From positions 71,350,211-71,399,055 of the forward strand of contig NC_068986.1 in NCBI RefSeq assembly GCF_001194135.2: 48,845 bases of DNA, given 5' to 3'. Source of the DNA: Octopus bimaculoides (taxonomy: Eukaryota). The position numbers were made by a program, and so were the translations under genes. Below, one piece after another: positions 23,216 to 36,479 of this stretch. The notes below the pieces were generated by a model. That model did not search any database and had not been told where the DNA came from. It worked only from the letters and a program-made list of their open reading frames with translations. Each line of letters starts with the position of its first letter. Positions within the stretch are counted from its first letter, which is position 1.

Positions 23216-23994
23216 ATACATCTATTTTTGTTTAAATATTAAATTGTAATACACCAACATTTTACGCTAGTGGACCATGATCTTCGCACTGAATTGCGGA
23301 ACTGGAAGGCGAAATACTTAATTAACTGATAAATGAATCATTTTATAGAATATATTAACAGACAATACTATGTACAATAATGTATTGATATATAATCTGT
23401 CAATCCAATTTCTAAAGGTAGAACTGAATCGGCTTCATTTAGCGCAACCGCCAGATCCTGATGATCATCTCTGTCAGATGATCTTGGTGTAAGCCCTACC
23501 AAGGTCAGATGTAATTCCTCAATTCTCTAGAACATACTCTATGAATTGTGGCATTCTTGGTTAGATTTTCACCGAATGACACTATTTAATGAACCAAAAT
23601 CAACCGGAACCTTGACTGAAACTTTAATTCAGAATGAGGCTACGTGTTCACGTTTTTCATCTCAGCTATTGGAATCCTCTCAAGTGTCTACCGTTTCGCT
23701 CCACATTCATTAGAAGGGAAGTCTGTCAAGCTTCTATATAATTAGTAAATACACCCAGTCCACTATCACCCCTTTTGAAGTAGTTTACTGTATTCTGCAG
23801 CTTAGATGAGGTAATTGCCTATACGAACGGCTTCATCTCTGTCGTTTAAAAGTATTGACTGTGCTTTAAAATTTTCACTCTAAGATAATCGCAAGACATA
23901 TTGGGCAACATAGCATTAGATATACAAAACAGATAGTCACAACTTCAATGCCTTTGATTATAGGTCTATTCATTCAGGGCTGTTATAGGTTAAG

Positions 23995-24007
23995 CAACAA
24001 CAAGAGC

Positions 24008-24041
<34 letters not shown>

Positions 24042-24077
24042 TCAGTAGCAGCAGCAACAACAACAACAGCAACAACA
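23995..24077. repeat. (CAA)n/(CAG)n trinucleotide repeat
   Basis: Directly visible. Confidence 0.9.
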
Positions 24078-24593
24078 CATCTCTGCTGGTATATATTTCA
24101 GCCCAATAGAAAGGTTGGCGCTGGAAAAATTTGATCCTGCATAACCGATTTATGGTAACATTGAATGTCCTTAATAGACGTAACAAGCCTCTGGGCCGTT
24201 GTTGTTACTATTTTTTGTTGTTGACGGCGTTATTGCTGTGTTGTTTTGTTGATTCTTTTGTCAACATTTGTAAAGCGGAAAGCAATTCAATTGGTTTTGG
24301 CTTTGCTTTCTCCTTCCTATCCAAATAAGAACGAACCTTCCAATATTATCAAGTAATATTTCTTACTCGTTCTGCTATGAGAGGAGAAAAAAAAAAGCCT
24401 CTAAACGTGAAGATATATAACACTCCAACTTTACTCTCCTTCTTCCTCCACGCTATGTCATCAATAAAGCAAAAGACAAAACAAAACAAAATTCGCCAAG
24501 TGTAATTTATCACTGTCAAATATATCTTGCTATGAAGTGAAAGGCGCGTCGTTAATTTGCTTTTGAATTCTAATGTAAAAAAAAAAGAAAGAA

Positions 24594-24660
24594 AAGCGGT
24601 GCCCCAGTATGACCGCAGTCTGATCGATAACTGAAACCACCAAAAGAATACAAAAATAAA
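24594..24660 (+). mobile_element. SINE 3' terminus fragment
   Basis: GCGGTGCCCCAGTATGACCGCAGTC..ACTGAAAC, then an A-rich tail; similar to 23007-23215. Confidence 0.65.
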
Positions 24661-24811
24661 TACATTCTTTTATTAAATGTTCCGTGAAGCAGATAAATAT
24701 TTACATCTAATTTTAGAAACGTATTTTCCTGCTGAAGGAAACATTTCTAGATTCCCATCACTAGGTTAGTTGTTTCTATTTCATTGCCAAATTAGTGTTT
24801 ATAAGCGTTCA

Positions 24812-24876
<65 letters not shown>

Positions 24877-25978
24877 GTCTGTCTGTCTGTCTGCCTGTCT
24901 GTCTTTCTGACTATTTGTCTGTATATCTATTGTTAAATACCCTCGCACACACGTACACGCATGTTTGTTCCCAACATTTACTCTCCATAGATACAAAAGT
25001 TTATTTTGGAATTTATGGGAGCAACTGTCTTCGAAGACTCATATTGTCGTTGAATGCTGGACATGAGGAGTAGATAGACAAATGACAACTGATGAAGGGT
25101 CGTTTTCTGTGTTACTTGTCCTGTTTTCCATTTTCCTTCTTGTTGTTTGCATATTTAACCGGTTTGTTTCCGTACTTCATGTTGTTTACACAGATGGTGA
25201 CGTCCTGTACTTATATATATATATATNNNNNNNNNNNNNNNNNNNNNNNNNNNNNNNNNNNNNNNNNNNNNNNNNNNNNNNNNNNNNNNNNNNNNNNNNN
25301 NNNNNNNNNNNNNNNNNNNNNNNNNNNNNNNNNNNNNNNNNNNNNNNNNNNNNNNNNNNNNNNNNNNNNNNNNNNNNNNNNNNNNNNNNNNNNNNNNNNN
25401 NNNNNNNNNNNNNNNNNNNNNNNNNNNNNNNNNNNNNNNNNNNNNNNNNNNNNNNNNNNNNNNNNNNNNNNNNNNNNNNNNNNNNNNNNNNNNNNNNNNN
25501 NNNNNNNNNNNNNNNNNNNNNNNNNNNNNNNNNNNNNNNNNNNNNNNNNNNNNNNNNNNNNNNNNNNNNNNNNNNNNNNNNNNNNNNNNNNNNNNNNNNN
25601 NNNNNNNNNNNNNNNNNNNNNNNNNNNNNNNNNNNNNNNNNNNNNNNNNNNNNNNNNNNNNNNNNNNNNNNNNNNNNNNNNNNNNNNNNNNNNNNNNNNN
25701 NNNNNNNNNNNNNNNNNNNNNNNNNNNNNNNNNNNNNNNNNNNNNNNTGGGCATTTAGCGACAGGCAGATATAAACATAGACAGAAAGACAGTCAAACGT
25801 ACAGATCTAAGGCTATACACATTACTCTTTACATACGATAGGATATACATAGGTATATATAATAAAAATTATGATAAACTCTAGGATTCCTAAGATAGCC
25901 ACAAAGTAACGCATTTTGGGAGAGACTATTACTTCTGCGTATCGTTCTATAGACATTAAAACCTGCACGATCATGACA

Positions 25979-26560
25979 TTGACCGCACATTTTTACAGAA
26001 ACATGACATTGAATCTATCTCAGAAGAAAAGTGAGGGAGAGGTTGAAGATCAGTACATAAGGTGTTTGAGTGCTGTAAAATATTGTCTAGACAGCATCTG
26101 ATAAACAAAACCACCAAAAATAACGACATTTATTTAGTGGCTAACATCTTGTGTGCCGGCAGGGAAGATCTCATGAAACACTTTCTGATGAACTCCCAAT
26201 CGAACCCGGAAGACCAGGGGTGGACCATCTCAAGAAAAATCGGAAGAGAAGCACTCTGCAAATTACAAAAAGGTTATGTAAGAGTATCTTAGCCATAAAC
26301 TTGAAAATGGGTTTCTTGAACTTGTGACATCTACACCATGTAACATCCGAAGGTTACGCAATTCAAGAACAGGAGATAGCTACAAAAAAAATTCTCCTAA
26401 AAAAACGGAACAGTGAAGCCCTTAGCATCACATGATGTAACCAAAAATGCCGATAATGGCACTTATCTTTGGAGGACATAACAATATAATCATCAAAATA
26501 TTACCTCTCACCGCAACATGATGTTTCTAAAACAATATACAAGGCCAACTGGAGAAAATG
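25979..26560 (+). mobile_element. Decayed R4/Dong-like (RLE) LINE fragment, post-RT region
   Basis: GRG-like motif near 26035; GYAIQEQEIATKK near 26350 matches YAFAIQEQEISTK of the 39112-40320 element. Confidence 0.65.
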
Positions 26561-26579
26561 CTGCTCTGGAATAAATATA

Positions 26580-27057
26580 CAGAGTGTTTCAAAGAATTTG
26601 ATGTCATTTGAGATGTAAATATCACAGAAACTACATAGTCAAAGCAAATGAAACTAAATAGGCTTAAAGTTGAGCAACATAAGATGTATTCCTCCAAATT
26701 TGAGTGAGAAATTCAATGGTATGTAGATTCCATGAACGACTTCCCAAATGTTCAACATGTGCACCGCCCGAGACACGGCATACATCAAATTGGTAGTCCA
26801 GCTCCTCGCTTTTGTTTATCAGATGCTGTCTATACAATATTTTAAAGCCTTATGTACTGATCTTCAACCTCTCCCTCACTTTTCTTCTGAGATAGATTCA
26901 ATGTCATGTTTCTGTGAAAATTTGCGGTCAAGTCACTACCAAACACGCTGCAGTATCTCTTGGGTAACAGTCTCCAGTGCGGTAGTGATTCTCTGCTCGA
27001 GTTCCTTTAGGTTTGAAGGAAGAGGTGGGATATAGACCAGGACCTTCACATAGCCCC
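26580..27057 (-). mobile_element. Tc1/mariner transposase C-terminus plus terminal repeat, split by a 131-bp insertion
   Basis: GYVKVLVYIPPLPSNLKELEQRITTALETVTQEILQRVW | EELDYQFDVCRVSGGAHVEHL. The end reads TA-CAGAGTGTTTCAAAG at 26578. Confidence 0.88.
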
Positions 27058-27341
27058 TGTTTGCGCTTTCGCTTGTCATCTGCCGTGTGTGTGTATGTAT
27101 GTATGTATGTATGTATGTATGTATGTATGTATGTATGTATGTGTCCCTATTCAATAAGACATATTCCATATATTCAATAAGACATTAAATACTTTATTTC
27201 ATAGTACCATCCATTTTTATTTTATATTATATATTGTATATTATATTATATATTGTATATTCCATATTCTATATCCCACATTGGTTTTGCAGGAATATAA
27301 ATAAAACATAAAAAACAGACAGTGTTGGAACTCTTTTAAAC

Positions 27342-27397
<56 letters not shown>

Positions 27398-28479
27398 TGG
27401 CTGTCCACTCGTGACCGAAGAAGACTGCTCATTGCCTATGCAAAATATCAGCAATGCCCGTGCATGAGGTTATTACACAAGCATTTAACTTCACCCGAGT
27501 TCGCATGTGCATCTTCCATACTAGCCGTGGAGTCCTCCTATTCGACCGGGCAATTGCACAACCTAAAATGTTAGGTTAAATGAGGTTTGCATAGACCATC
27601 TCCACCCTGTAAATACGATCCAGAGACAAACCAAGGCAAGATATCCTGTGCCAATATACGTTGCAGATTCAGGAATATGGGAGAGTTATGATGTCAAATG
27701 CAAGCAAAAGATCCCCAAAATGTTCAATGCAATTCCCTGCATAAATGGTTTTACATAAGTGTGACCTTCTAGAAATAAACTTCAACTGAAGCTAAGGAGT
27801 GCCTCATTCCCAGTGGTCTTTCAGGACACCGGACACCAATCCAGTATTTCTGAGGGCCCGTGCTGTTGGTAGATATTCGTTGAGCCTACACGAGGTTAAT
27901 CCATCCTTTCGACAGGTTTTGTTTTTAGATAGATGGAGAGATAGATAGATGGAAAGAGAGAGAGAGAGAGAGAGGGGGGTGAGAGAGAAAGAGAGAGAAT
28001 AAGAGAGGGAGAGAGGGAGAGACAGAGAGATATGAATACTCCGCATTACAGAACATGACATCCCGTAACGTAAAACAAACCTTCCCATTGATTTTCATGT
28101 TATAAAGTGAGAATGCATTCTGTCTGATATCATTCCGAAAACAAAACCTACAAACAAACAAACAAAAAACAATAACAACAGCGGCAGCTACAACTGTAAA
28201 AAGAACAACAACAGCGACGACGATGACGACAACTCTACGTTTATGCAAGAAAATAACAATTTCTAAGCAAACATAGTACAAAATGTATACATCAAGACAG
28301 TAGCAGAGTCGTAGAGTACTTGTTAGAGAATAAATAGGAATCGTAATGTCGTAATAGGATATGTTCTTATCAGAAAAGATGCTGACTATTGTGTGAGGGG
28401 GTGGTAGTTGAGGTTTAGGAATGATATGTCTTATTGTTCATCATCAACATCTTGAAGGGCGAAGAACTTAAACAGAATT

Positions 28480-30010
28480 GATATTGACAGTGCATCATCT
28501 TTTTTCACAGGTCAGTGTAGGAGCTGAGTTCATTGTAAAGTACTCTTGTGATTTTTATGTAGCGTTCATGATTAGGGATGTTATTAACAATGACCTGCAA
28601 GCCCTTCTCTATACGTATCAAACTTTTAGCAATATTATTTGCATGCAATTTAAGTGGTGTTGGTGGTATTTCCGTATCATCATTTGCATGAGTCACAGTA
28701 TCTTTCCAAATCTAATGTAGACTTTCTGCTTGTGGAAAACTTGTAACGTCACGGAGAGTGTGACCATGTCTTCCCATGCACGAAAGCTAAGTATTTTACT
28801 AAATCCCATGACTTAACTATGTTGTCCATAGCATACATAATGTTGAACTTTACCCAGAAGTCTGTAACTGTAGGTTTAGCCTCCCTGTTAATTGTTTTCG
28901 TAAGTTGTTCGAAGATTCATTGCAGAAAATACACCTTGAATGTTATCACACTTTGCGCCATTGGCTGGAGCAAAGAAGTTGTATTCTGGGGGATCTGTCC
29001 TACTCTCATGTTATCAGAAAGCTCTTTTAAGTTCACAGCAGGGTTTCATGCGATATCTAAAGGGAGCAATGTTTTGTTAGAAATGCTATGTCTATAGGAT
29101 CGAATCAAGCTATACCTTGAGTGAAATTAAGTAAAAGTATGGAAATCCGTCATATGGATTTACATAGTTGATAACTAACATAACCAACTGCACTGCTATG
29201 TCTGGCATTGCACCATTTTGCAGTGGTACAAAAATGCTTGCAAACCACTCATAGGAAAAGCTCTTAATCATCCATGCTTTCTTATTTGAACACCAAATCA
29301 GAGGCAAATTAAACTTTGCGTAATTGTAGAAAGCTCTTGAATTTTCAGACTGACATAGACTAGTGGGGTAAAATTTTATATCACTCGTGGCATTTCCACC
29401 CAGAAGGAGCGCCGACGATTTTTGGAAGTTTTAAATCCTGGTGTTGATTGTTATTCTTGAGAAATAATATTCTGACACATAGAAGCTTCCAGAAAAGTGC
29501 AGTTTCATCAGATTTTTTTTTAGCTAATCAAGATAATTAATAGCATTCTTTTATCAGCACTGGCAGCTTTATCAGTTATTTTTATGCTGTGCAAAATTCA
29601 AACTCTTCTTAAACTTTCAAACCAAGCTTTACTAGCTAGAATACCATTAAAAGTTTCACTTCCCTTTTTCTTCAAATCTTCGTACAAACTGTTGAGTTTT
29701 TATTTATTTAATTTTTCTTTTAATTATTATCGTGCTTCTCGGCACGTTACGTCGAATCTGATTCTCGATCAATACACTCAAGAGCAGTTCCATTTTAAGC
29801 ATTACATTAGATCTATGAAAAAAATAAATTCCGCGAAGTTAAAGGAGTAGCTTCTAGAGCACGTGGCTTTATTTCCCATTCTCACGTATTATTTTCACTG
29901 CAGATGGCGCAAGGTTTAATCAGTTTTTGTTGGTAATGTGGCTTTTTGTAACATCAAGTTTAATATCCAGTGTAATGCGCTCACGGTTTCTTTTCGCACT
30001 ACTTTCATTC
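28480..30010 (-). mobile_element. pogo/Tigger transposase pseudogene (TIGD1-like), near full length
   Basis: KRNRERITLDIKLDV (HTH), KMELLLSVLIENQ, LYEDLKK..ASKAWF, DETALFWK (~29486-29509), LLGGNA, LPLIWCSNKKAWM..EWF..FVP, NTTSLLQPM, DFWVKFNI, C-terminal IEKGLQ..PNHER. Confidence 0.9.
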
Positions 30011-31242
30011 AGTTCTACTGGACAGCTTCTTCCCAAACATCTTGAATTGTGGTTAAATTTAACTGCGACAGCTATCACTAATTATCCAGAACAAATATGT
30101 AGTGAAAAAGTATCATCAAGAAAGAACTGTTTTACGAGAGTAAAAATTTATTTTCTTATTTCCCTGGATTTAAGAATGAACTGTAAAGATGTAAGGGTAA
30201 AGGAGTGGGGTTAGAGGAAGCGTTCTGTGATTAGAATTAGTCGAAGTATTGTTAGATTCACGGGCGCTTCCCCATTATACCTTTTACTTGAACCATAAAA
30301 CCTCACACAACTTACGCACACACATACACACGCCGTTGTGTTGACATACAACATGTGTAGCTACTGACATTGCTATAATGCTGATACTACTATTGTTAGA
30401 AGTTATTCAAAAGTTAGTGGGTTTGTAGCGGTGGTAATGATGGTTGCATTGATTTTAATGTCAGTTATGGTGGATACGGTGATCGTGGGGAATGGTTGGC
30501 TGTGGCAGTGATCATATTTCTCTTGTTAACTATATTGTTTTTGCTGTTTAGTCTCAATTTATTCCTTACTGACCAAACATTAAAGACATTTCATTTAATT
30601 TGTATAATACACAAGAGGGCTATATTACCTCATATAACTGCCTTTCATTGTAGACGGAGTTTTTTTGTCATGTTCATGCTATTGTTGCCGTTGTTGGCCA
30701 TTAAGAAGTTGTTCTGTTGGTGGTTGTATTATATTTTTGATGTTGATGATACTGGTGGCGGTGAAGGTTGGTTTACAGAAACGTGTGTGTGCACGTGTGC
30801 GTGTGCGTATGTGTATGTACATACATACATACATACATACATACATACATACATACATACATACTGTTGGGAACTTAAAAACGATAAAAACTTTTTATCA
30901 AATAATGTTAAGTTAAACACATAAACAGACAGTTTTTCATACTGCACTGTAAGGTCAGTATGAAGTCCTTTGTCAAAATGGGGGAAGCTAGATGTTATTA
31001 GCCAAAACTGTGAAACTATAACAAATTGGCTAGACCTTGGCAAACCTTTATAAGCAGAGATAATTGTACCCCGCACCAGTTTTTTTGTGACAGTTTATTC
31101 TGTGAGACGTAGCAGTTTGTAAATTAATTTTGCAGTTGTTTTGTGTCAGTGTTTTTAACACTTTGTGAATCGTTTTTGCGCTACTTTGCAGCGGTTTTGC
31201 TGGTGGTGCATTCTCTCCGCTTTAAGAAGTGTTAGGAAGATA

Positions 31243-32557
31243 ATGGCTAAAAATACGTTTTATTCGCACCTTAGTGGGTCAGAGTTGTCGACTTCAGAAG
31301 AATTAGTTAGAGCAGTACGCAGAATGAACAAAAGCTTTGAGGAGAAAAAGAGTTTCGCTATGGTGACGGAAGTAAAAAAGAGTGAAGTAGACTCGAAAAG
31401 AATGAAAGAATATCAGAAAGTAGGTGGTGATGTAAAGTTGTCGCCTCCACAGAAATTTATGGAGAATATGGAGAACAAAACAATTGTTTATGAAGATTTT
31501 CCAGTGGAACAGAAGAAGATAAACCAGGTAGAAGCCGAAACAATCGAGAAGGCATTGTGTGCGGTATCAAAAGAAATGGTGTTTTTAACAAGAAGAAATA
31601 AATATGGAACGGTGGTGGCCCAGTTCAAGACAGAGGAAGTAGCGAGGAGGCTGGCCATAAATACGGTGAAATCGGATAAAGTGGTCTAACTACCCATGTA
31701 TCTTGGAAGGAGGATCTCCAGGATCAGGGTAGAGGGAATCTCGCCAGATATAGATGTGGCTTGGGTTGCGGTGGCTGTCCTCCTTGAAAGTGAGGAGAAG
31801 GTGCCCCTTCTCCAAACCACGGAAACAGAAGAAATGATGTGGAAAGGAAAAACATTGGAACTGATTATTCAGGCTGAGGCAGAATCCATAGAAAACTTGG
31901 CGGAGACAGTGACTATTGGAGAGTGTGGGTGGAGGGCAGAATCCCACGCTGTTTTAAATGTGGTCTGAAGGGCCACATAAGAGTGAAATGCCCTCCACCG
32001 ATAGAAGAAGCGGAAAGACCGCAAGAGGAAGAACCCCAGGATGAGCCACAGGAGGAACGCCAGGAAGGAATAAGAAGATAGAATGATACCAGTAGAGGCG
32101 GAAAATGAAACAGCGGAGGAAGAGTGGGAAACCACCGGAAAAAAGAAAAGAAGGAAGAAAAGTCCAATGCATGTAGAACCACACCCACAACTACTCAATG
32201 CCTACCCATACCACTTCGTCCAACCCTCTCCCTGCAGACACTAAACTTTCCCATTCCCCTCCAACACAAAAACAAAAAAGAAGAGAGCTTACACACAGGA
32301 ATTCACAAATTTCCCCTCCTATTGTTTGTTTTGCGTGTATGACGTTTGAAGACGTGGAAAAAGAACTGGTTGAAAGGGTGACCGAATGGGAAAATACAGT
32401 TTATGTTGATGTAGAGAAGGAAGAGAGTGTTGAAGGAGAGAGTACAGTTCTGTTAATAACGGAACAACACATGTTGGACATAAAGGGACACAAAAGCGAC
32501 TATGAACTGTGGAAGGCGGACTATGACATGGGAAAGCTGCCACGGTCGATAGAATAA
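31243..32557 (+). mobile_element. L1/Tx1-type ORF1 (gag-like, CCHC zinc knuckle) with one stop and frameshifts; no ORF2 follows
   Basis: ATG at 31243; premature TAA at 31687; VEGRIPRCFKCGLKGHIRVKC (CX2CX4HX4C, 31950-31991); Glu/Lys-rich C-terminus; homologous to ORF1 at 13400-14100. Confidence 0.8.
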
Positions 32558-32788
32558 AAAGAACTAAAAATACAATATGGACTGGATATAGTGGAACACA
32601 GAGGTAAAATAAGTGATGTTACTTGGTGGTGCAAGTAACGCCATTTTCATTTCTCATTTTCATTTTTCATTATATCATACGTTTTATTTTTTTTTATTTG
32701 TTTTATGTCCCCAAATGTGATGCATTGTCCCATTTTGTTAGCCCGTTATGGGTAATAAAGAAATACGTTTTTTCTGTTGTTCAATTGG

Positions 32789-32871
32789 TTTCTGGAAGCT
32801 ATGTTTGCCTGTTTAGATTCTGGAAGCTATGTTCCTGTTTAGTTTCTGGAAGCTATGTTTTGCCTGTTTAG
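32789..32871. repeat. Three tandem ~27-29-bp units, TTCTGGAAGCTATGTT(TG)CCTGTTTAG
   Basis: Directly visible. Confidence 0.9.
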
Positions 32872-33949
32872 TTTATGCTTTGTGTTAGGCATTTATGGAT
32901 TTATTTTATGCTCCAAGAATTCGTCAGAACATTTGTCAGATTTAAAATAATTTCTGTGTCACGATTGGGTGAGTACAAAAAATCTCTTAAGTAATGTTGT
33001 GTTATAATATTTATGTGAATTTTCAACTTTGCATTTGAGGCAGGTTGTGTAGTAATTTTGCTAGCTATTTTCTGTCAAGATAAATGTTAAAATTTGTATA
33101 AATAGCTAAAAAGTGTATAAATTTAATTTTTTCATGTAGCCAATTTGTTGTATTAGACAACTAACTGTAAATCTTGTTTAATGGTTACTCAGCATGCTTA
33201 TATAAAGCAGTTTTGTGTGAATTTAAAGCAAACTAGCTTTTTGTTTGACTATTTAATTTTTTAAACTATAATTATTGATGTAGTCTGGCAGCCGTTTTGT
33301 GTCATGAACTTTTAGTTTAAATGGTTGCTTTGACATTAGATTTATTTATGTTTAGTTCCAAGGTTCGAAAACCGAATTTGTACTAAAATGGAAATCCAGA
33401 TTTTATGAAATACAAATTTTGGGAATGCATATTTTTGAAAAACCAACTTTGTGAGGCCAGGCTTTGTACGAGACCAATTTTGGTGAAACCAAAAACTGGG
33501 ATTCGGAGTCCGGGTTTCTGAACTGTATATATATATATATATGTTGCTTTTGTAAATATTTTGACTGCACATCTGGTGTAGCATTTGCTTTTTGTTCGTG
33601 TATATATTTGTTTTGTATGTAAGCTGTTTTTTTTATGCTGACTATTATTAATAATATTTTAGAAAAAATTTTATGGTGTGATGTTGTTTTGGGTTCACTC
33701 TATCCTCGTTGATTTTGTAAATTCGGGTTATGGCCACCAGATCGTCACAATACATACATACATACATACATGTGCATGTACCGTGATTATGAATTTTGAA
33801 ATTGTAAACTACAGTTTGATCTTAGTTAAAAAAGCAGAGAAGCGGACTTTTGGCTAAGAAGATAGCATAGTTTTTAAATTCTTAAAATTTATCCGACTTT
33901 TCGTATAGTTGGGTAAATTTTTGACATTTTCGGTTATATCTCTTCCCAT

Positions 33950-36250
33950 CACCACGAGCTTCCTGGGAGCTTCAAGTAAGATTGCAATTCATATCGGTAT
34001 TAGTAACATCTTCAAGTTGCATGAAAAAATACCCACGCATGATCCTTCTTTTCTGTTTGTTATATTAAGTGTTTCACATGCAGGTCTTCTTTGTGGTGTG
34101 TTAGTGCTGCTGTTTTGGAGCTGCGGAGTAATCGTCAGGAAGAGAGTACTTCCTGAGGAGCTCACTGTCGACTCGCTTTTCATCACTATTAATTCATTTT
34201 TGCTGTTGTTGTTTAGCAAGTGTTGTGTGAGATACTATACAACATTCAAAAGCTGCCTGCTCTGATTAAAGCCTTTACTTCCGTCTCTTGGGCATAATCG
34301 GCCGATCTCACTGTTTCTGTGAAGATTTCTGATATCAAGGTATTGAAGCTTTTAATGTCTATGGAGTAGATTTCATCTACCGACCAGTCAAGAAGATGTC
34401 ACCATGAGCATTGATAATGCAAGCAACTGCATTGTGGGATATTGTCTTGTAAGAGAACTCCAATTACCATATTTTTAAAAGTCTGATGTAATATTCCCCG
34501 GTAATAATACCTTAATATGATATATTTCCACACATGCTAAGGTATTTGTAGCAAACTTTGTGTAGAACGGAATGGATAGACAGACTTGATAATCAGGTTC
34601 TGGGTTTTAGGGACTGTTTTCTCACGCTCAACAATCAAATACTAATACACGATTTGACCAAATTCCATTCCTATGACAGCTGAAAATATTATCTTCAGCT
34701 GTTTTTTTTAGCATTGTAAACATTTTTAGTATAAACCTTCATGTCATCTACCAAGAAATTATGGTTTACATTGTTATCTTTAGCAATTGAAGACTCTAGC
34801 ATATAGCCATAAGATTTTTGTAAAAGAAATGAAAACAGATTTAATGCCAAAATTAAACAGAATTAGAGAAAAACCATTTTCTTTGATTATGCTCTTTGAA
34901 ATATTAATAAAATCGGAGACGACTTTCATCTTGAGTTATAAGTGTGAGAATTGTTGCCAAATTGTGAATCTCTCAATGGCAGCGATTGAGTTGACAGGTA
35001 CTTTTGCAAAGTGCAGTGACAGTCTTTAGTAATTATGAGAGGAATGGAGTTGAATGCTTTCCTACGCTGTTATAAGGTTTCTACGGTGTTTTCTTACATC
35101 GGGAAGCAGAACATTGTTTATCAAGTTTGTTCAGCTTCACCCGCGTTCCCTTCTTTTCACCTGCCTGTTCCTTAATCAATATGTTGTTAGACTCACTATG
35201 ATCCCGGAGGAATTGACTGAGAGAGCTTGTATAAAGCTTGTACACAATGTTAACGCAAGCAATGAACCAATAGTTTACTGTCAGCATGGTGGTTTCATTG
35301 TTGTTCGCAATATTCGTCTGTGTACAACATGTCAATTTGGTGTGTCAATCTCACCTCCCATAGTTTTCTTAAATATACGCATTAAAAGCATTTTGAAGAA
35401 GGTCAGCCTCTTGGATCAGTATCCAACTATCAGGTCTCTTCAATATACCTTCCTATAATATAGTTTTCCTATAGCTATAGAGAAAATTTCAAGGTTGATT
35501 GTATATGTTTTACTGTCGGTGTCGTTACAATATTCCTTCCTAACTGTATTTAGCAAAAATACATTCTGTAGTTGAAAACTCGCTTTTTGTTCCAGATTTT
35601 AGGCTAGAATTATTAAAAATCATCCTGAAAAGAGCCTTTCTTAACAGTAATGTTTTTCTTCATCTACTAGTATAATGCTTGTCGATTGAAAGCAACCTTC
35701 CGATTCAAGCTGGCTTACTCTGACATTTTTTTCTACGATAAAGAAGTTTTCCGCTCAGCGTCCTGAGTTCGTGCTCGAAAATGATTAGCTTTCTTCCAAG
35801 AGCTTGGCGTGAAGAGTAGCCCTAGAGTTTTGTTATTTTTTGCATAAGATGTAATTTGTCAGGTGTGAATTCATTATTCCCCCTTACATTTTATTATCGC
35901 GGTTAACCATCCAATATGGCGTCGCAGTTTGTTGATGTTTTGTTTTCCAACTGGCTTGCTTCCGTTTTGCAATTTCATTAGCATATGCATTGCAGATTTC
36001 TCCTAGATGTTATTTTAGATTAATAGCAGTGATAGGAAGGTATTAATCATCCAGTAATTAACCTCGCATGATTTGATGTGCTTTCTAGCAACGTCATCGA
36101 TAACTTTTAACATGAGAGCAATTGGCTGTTTCTTCATTCTCGTTTAGTAAGGCTTGCTCCTTAACAACAACTTAGAAAAACTGGCAAGATGTTTTACGAA
36201 CTGTAGTATTCTACAGTCATCCTTGTCAAGTAAGTTACAAACGTATACTT
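33950..36250 (-). mobile_element. Heavily decayed R4/Dong-like LINE, RT region
   Basis: Minus fragments: LINNVLLPDVRKHRRNL..KAFNSIP; NHNFLVDDMKVY (catalytic DD); IGMEFG; YKYL. Confidence 0.75.
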
Positions 36251-36479
36251 TGCAATGGTTGCCATAGTTTGCTTGAAGTCACCAGAGAGTAAGTCTAAAA
36301 CACATCCATACTGTTTGTTTTACCTCTGTGATCATGTAGTATATGATCGAGGACCTCAAATTCAATTGTGGGAGACACAGTGCGCATATAACACACTGTA
36401 AGCTTAGCCTGCTTTAATACTTGTGCTTGTTTCCTTCCATTATAGGCCATAATATTATTCTGTACGAGGTTAAGAAATC

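Noticed and set aside
23458-23492. CTGATGA followed by hairpin GATCATCT..AGATGATC
   Set aside because: No GAAA or helix III after the hairpin.
23686-23716. Minus-strand CTAATGA..GAAACGGTA hammerhead-like string
   Set aside because: The core is mutated, and helices I and II cannot be formed.
25087-25110. CAACTGATGAAGGG core-like motif
   Set aside because: No downstream helix II or GAAA. It is probably part of an interspersed repeat, but a ribozyme is not supportable.
26184-26215. CTGATGAACTCCCAATCGAACCCGG
   Set aside because: It lies inside decayed LINE coding sequence and the helices do not pair.
27395-27910. GC-richer block resembling an RTE-type LINE terminus
   Set aside because: No translatable motif and no second copy in the window to support it.
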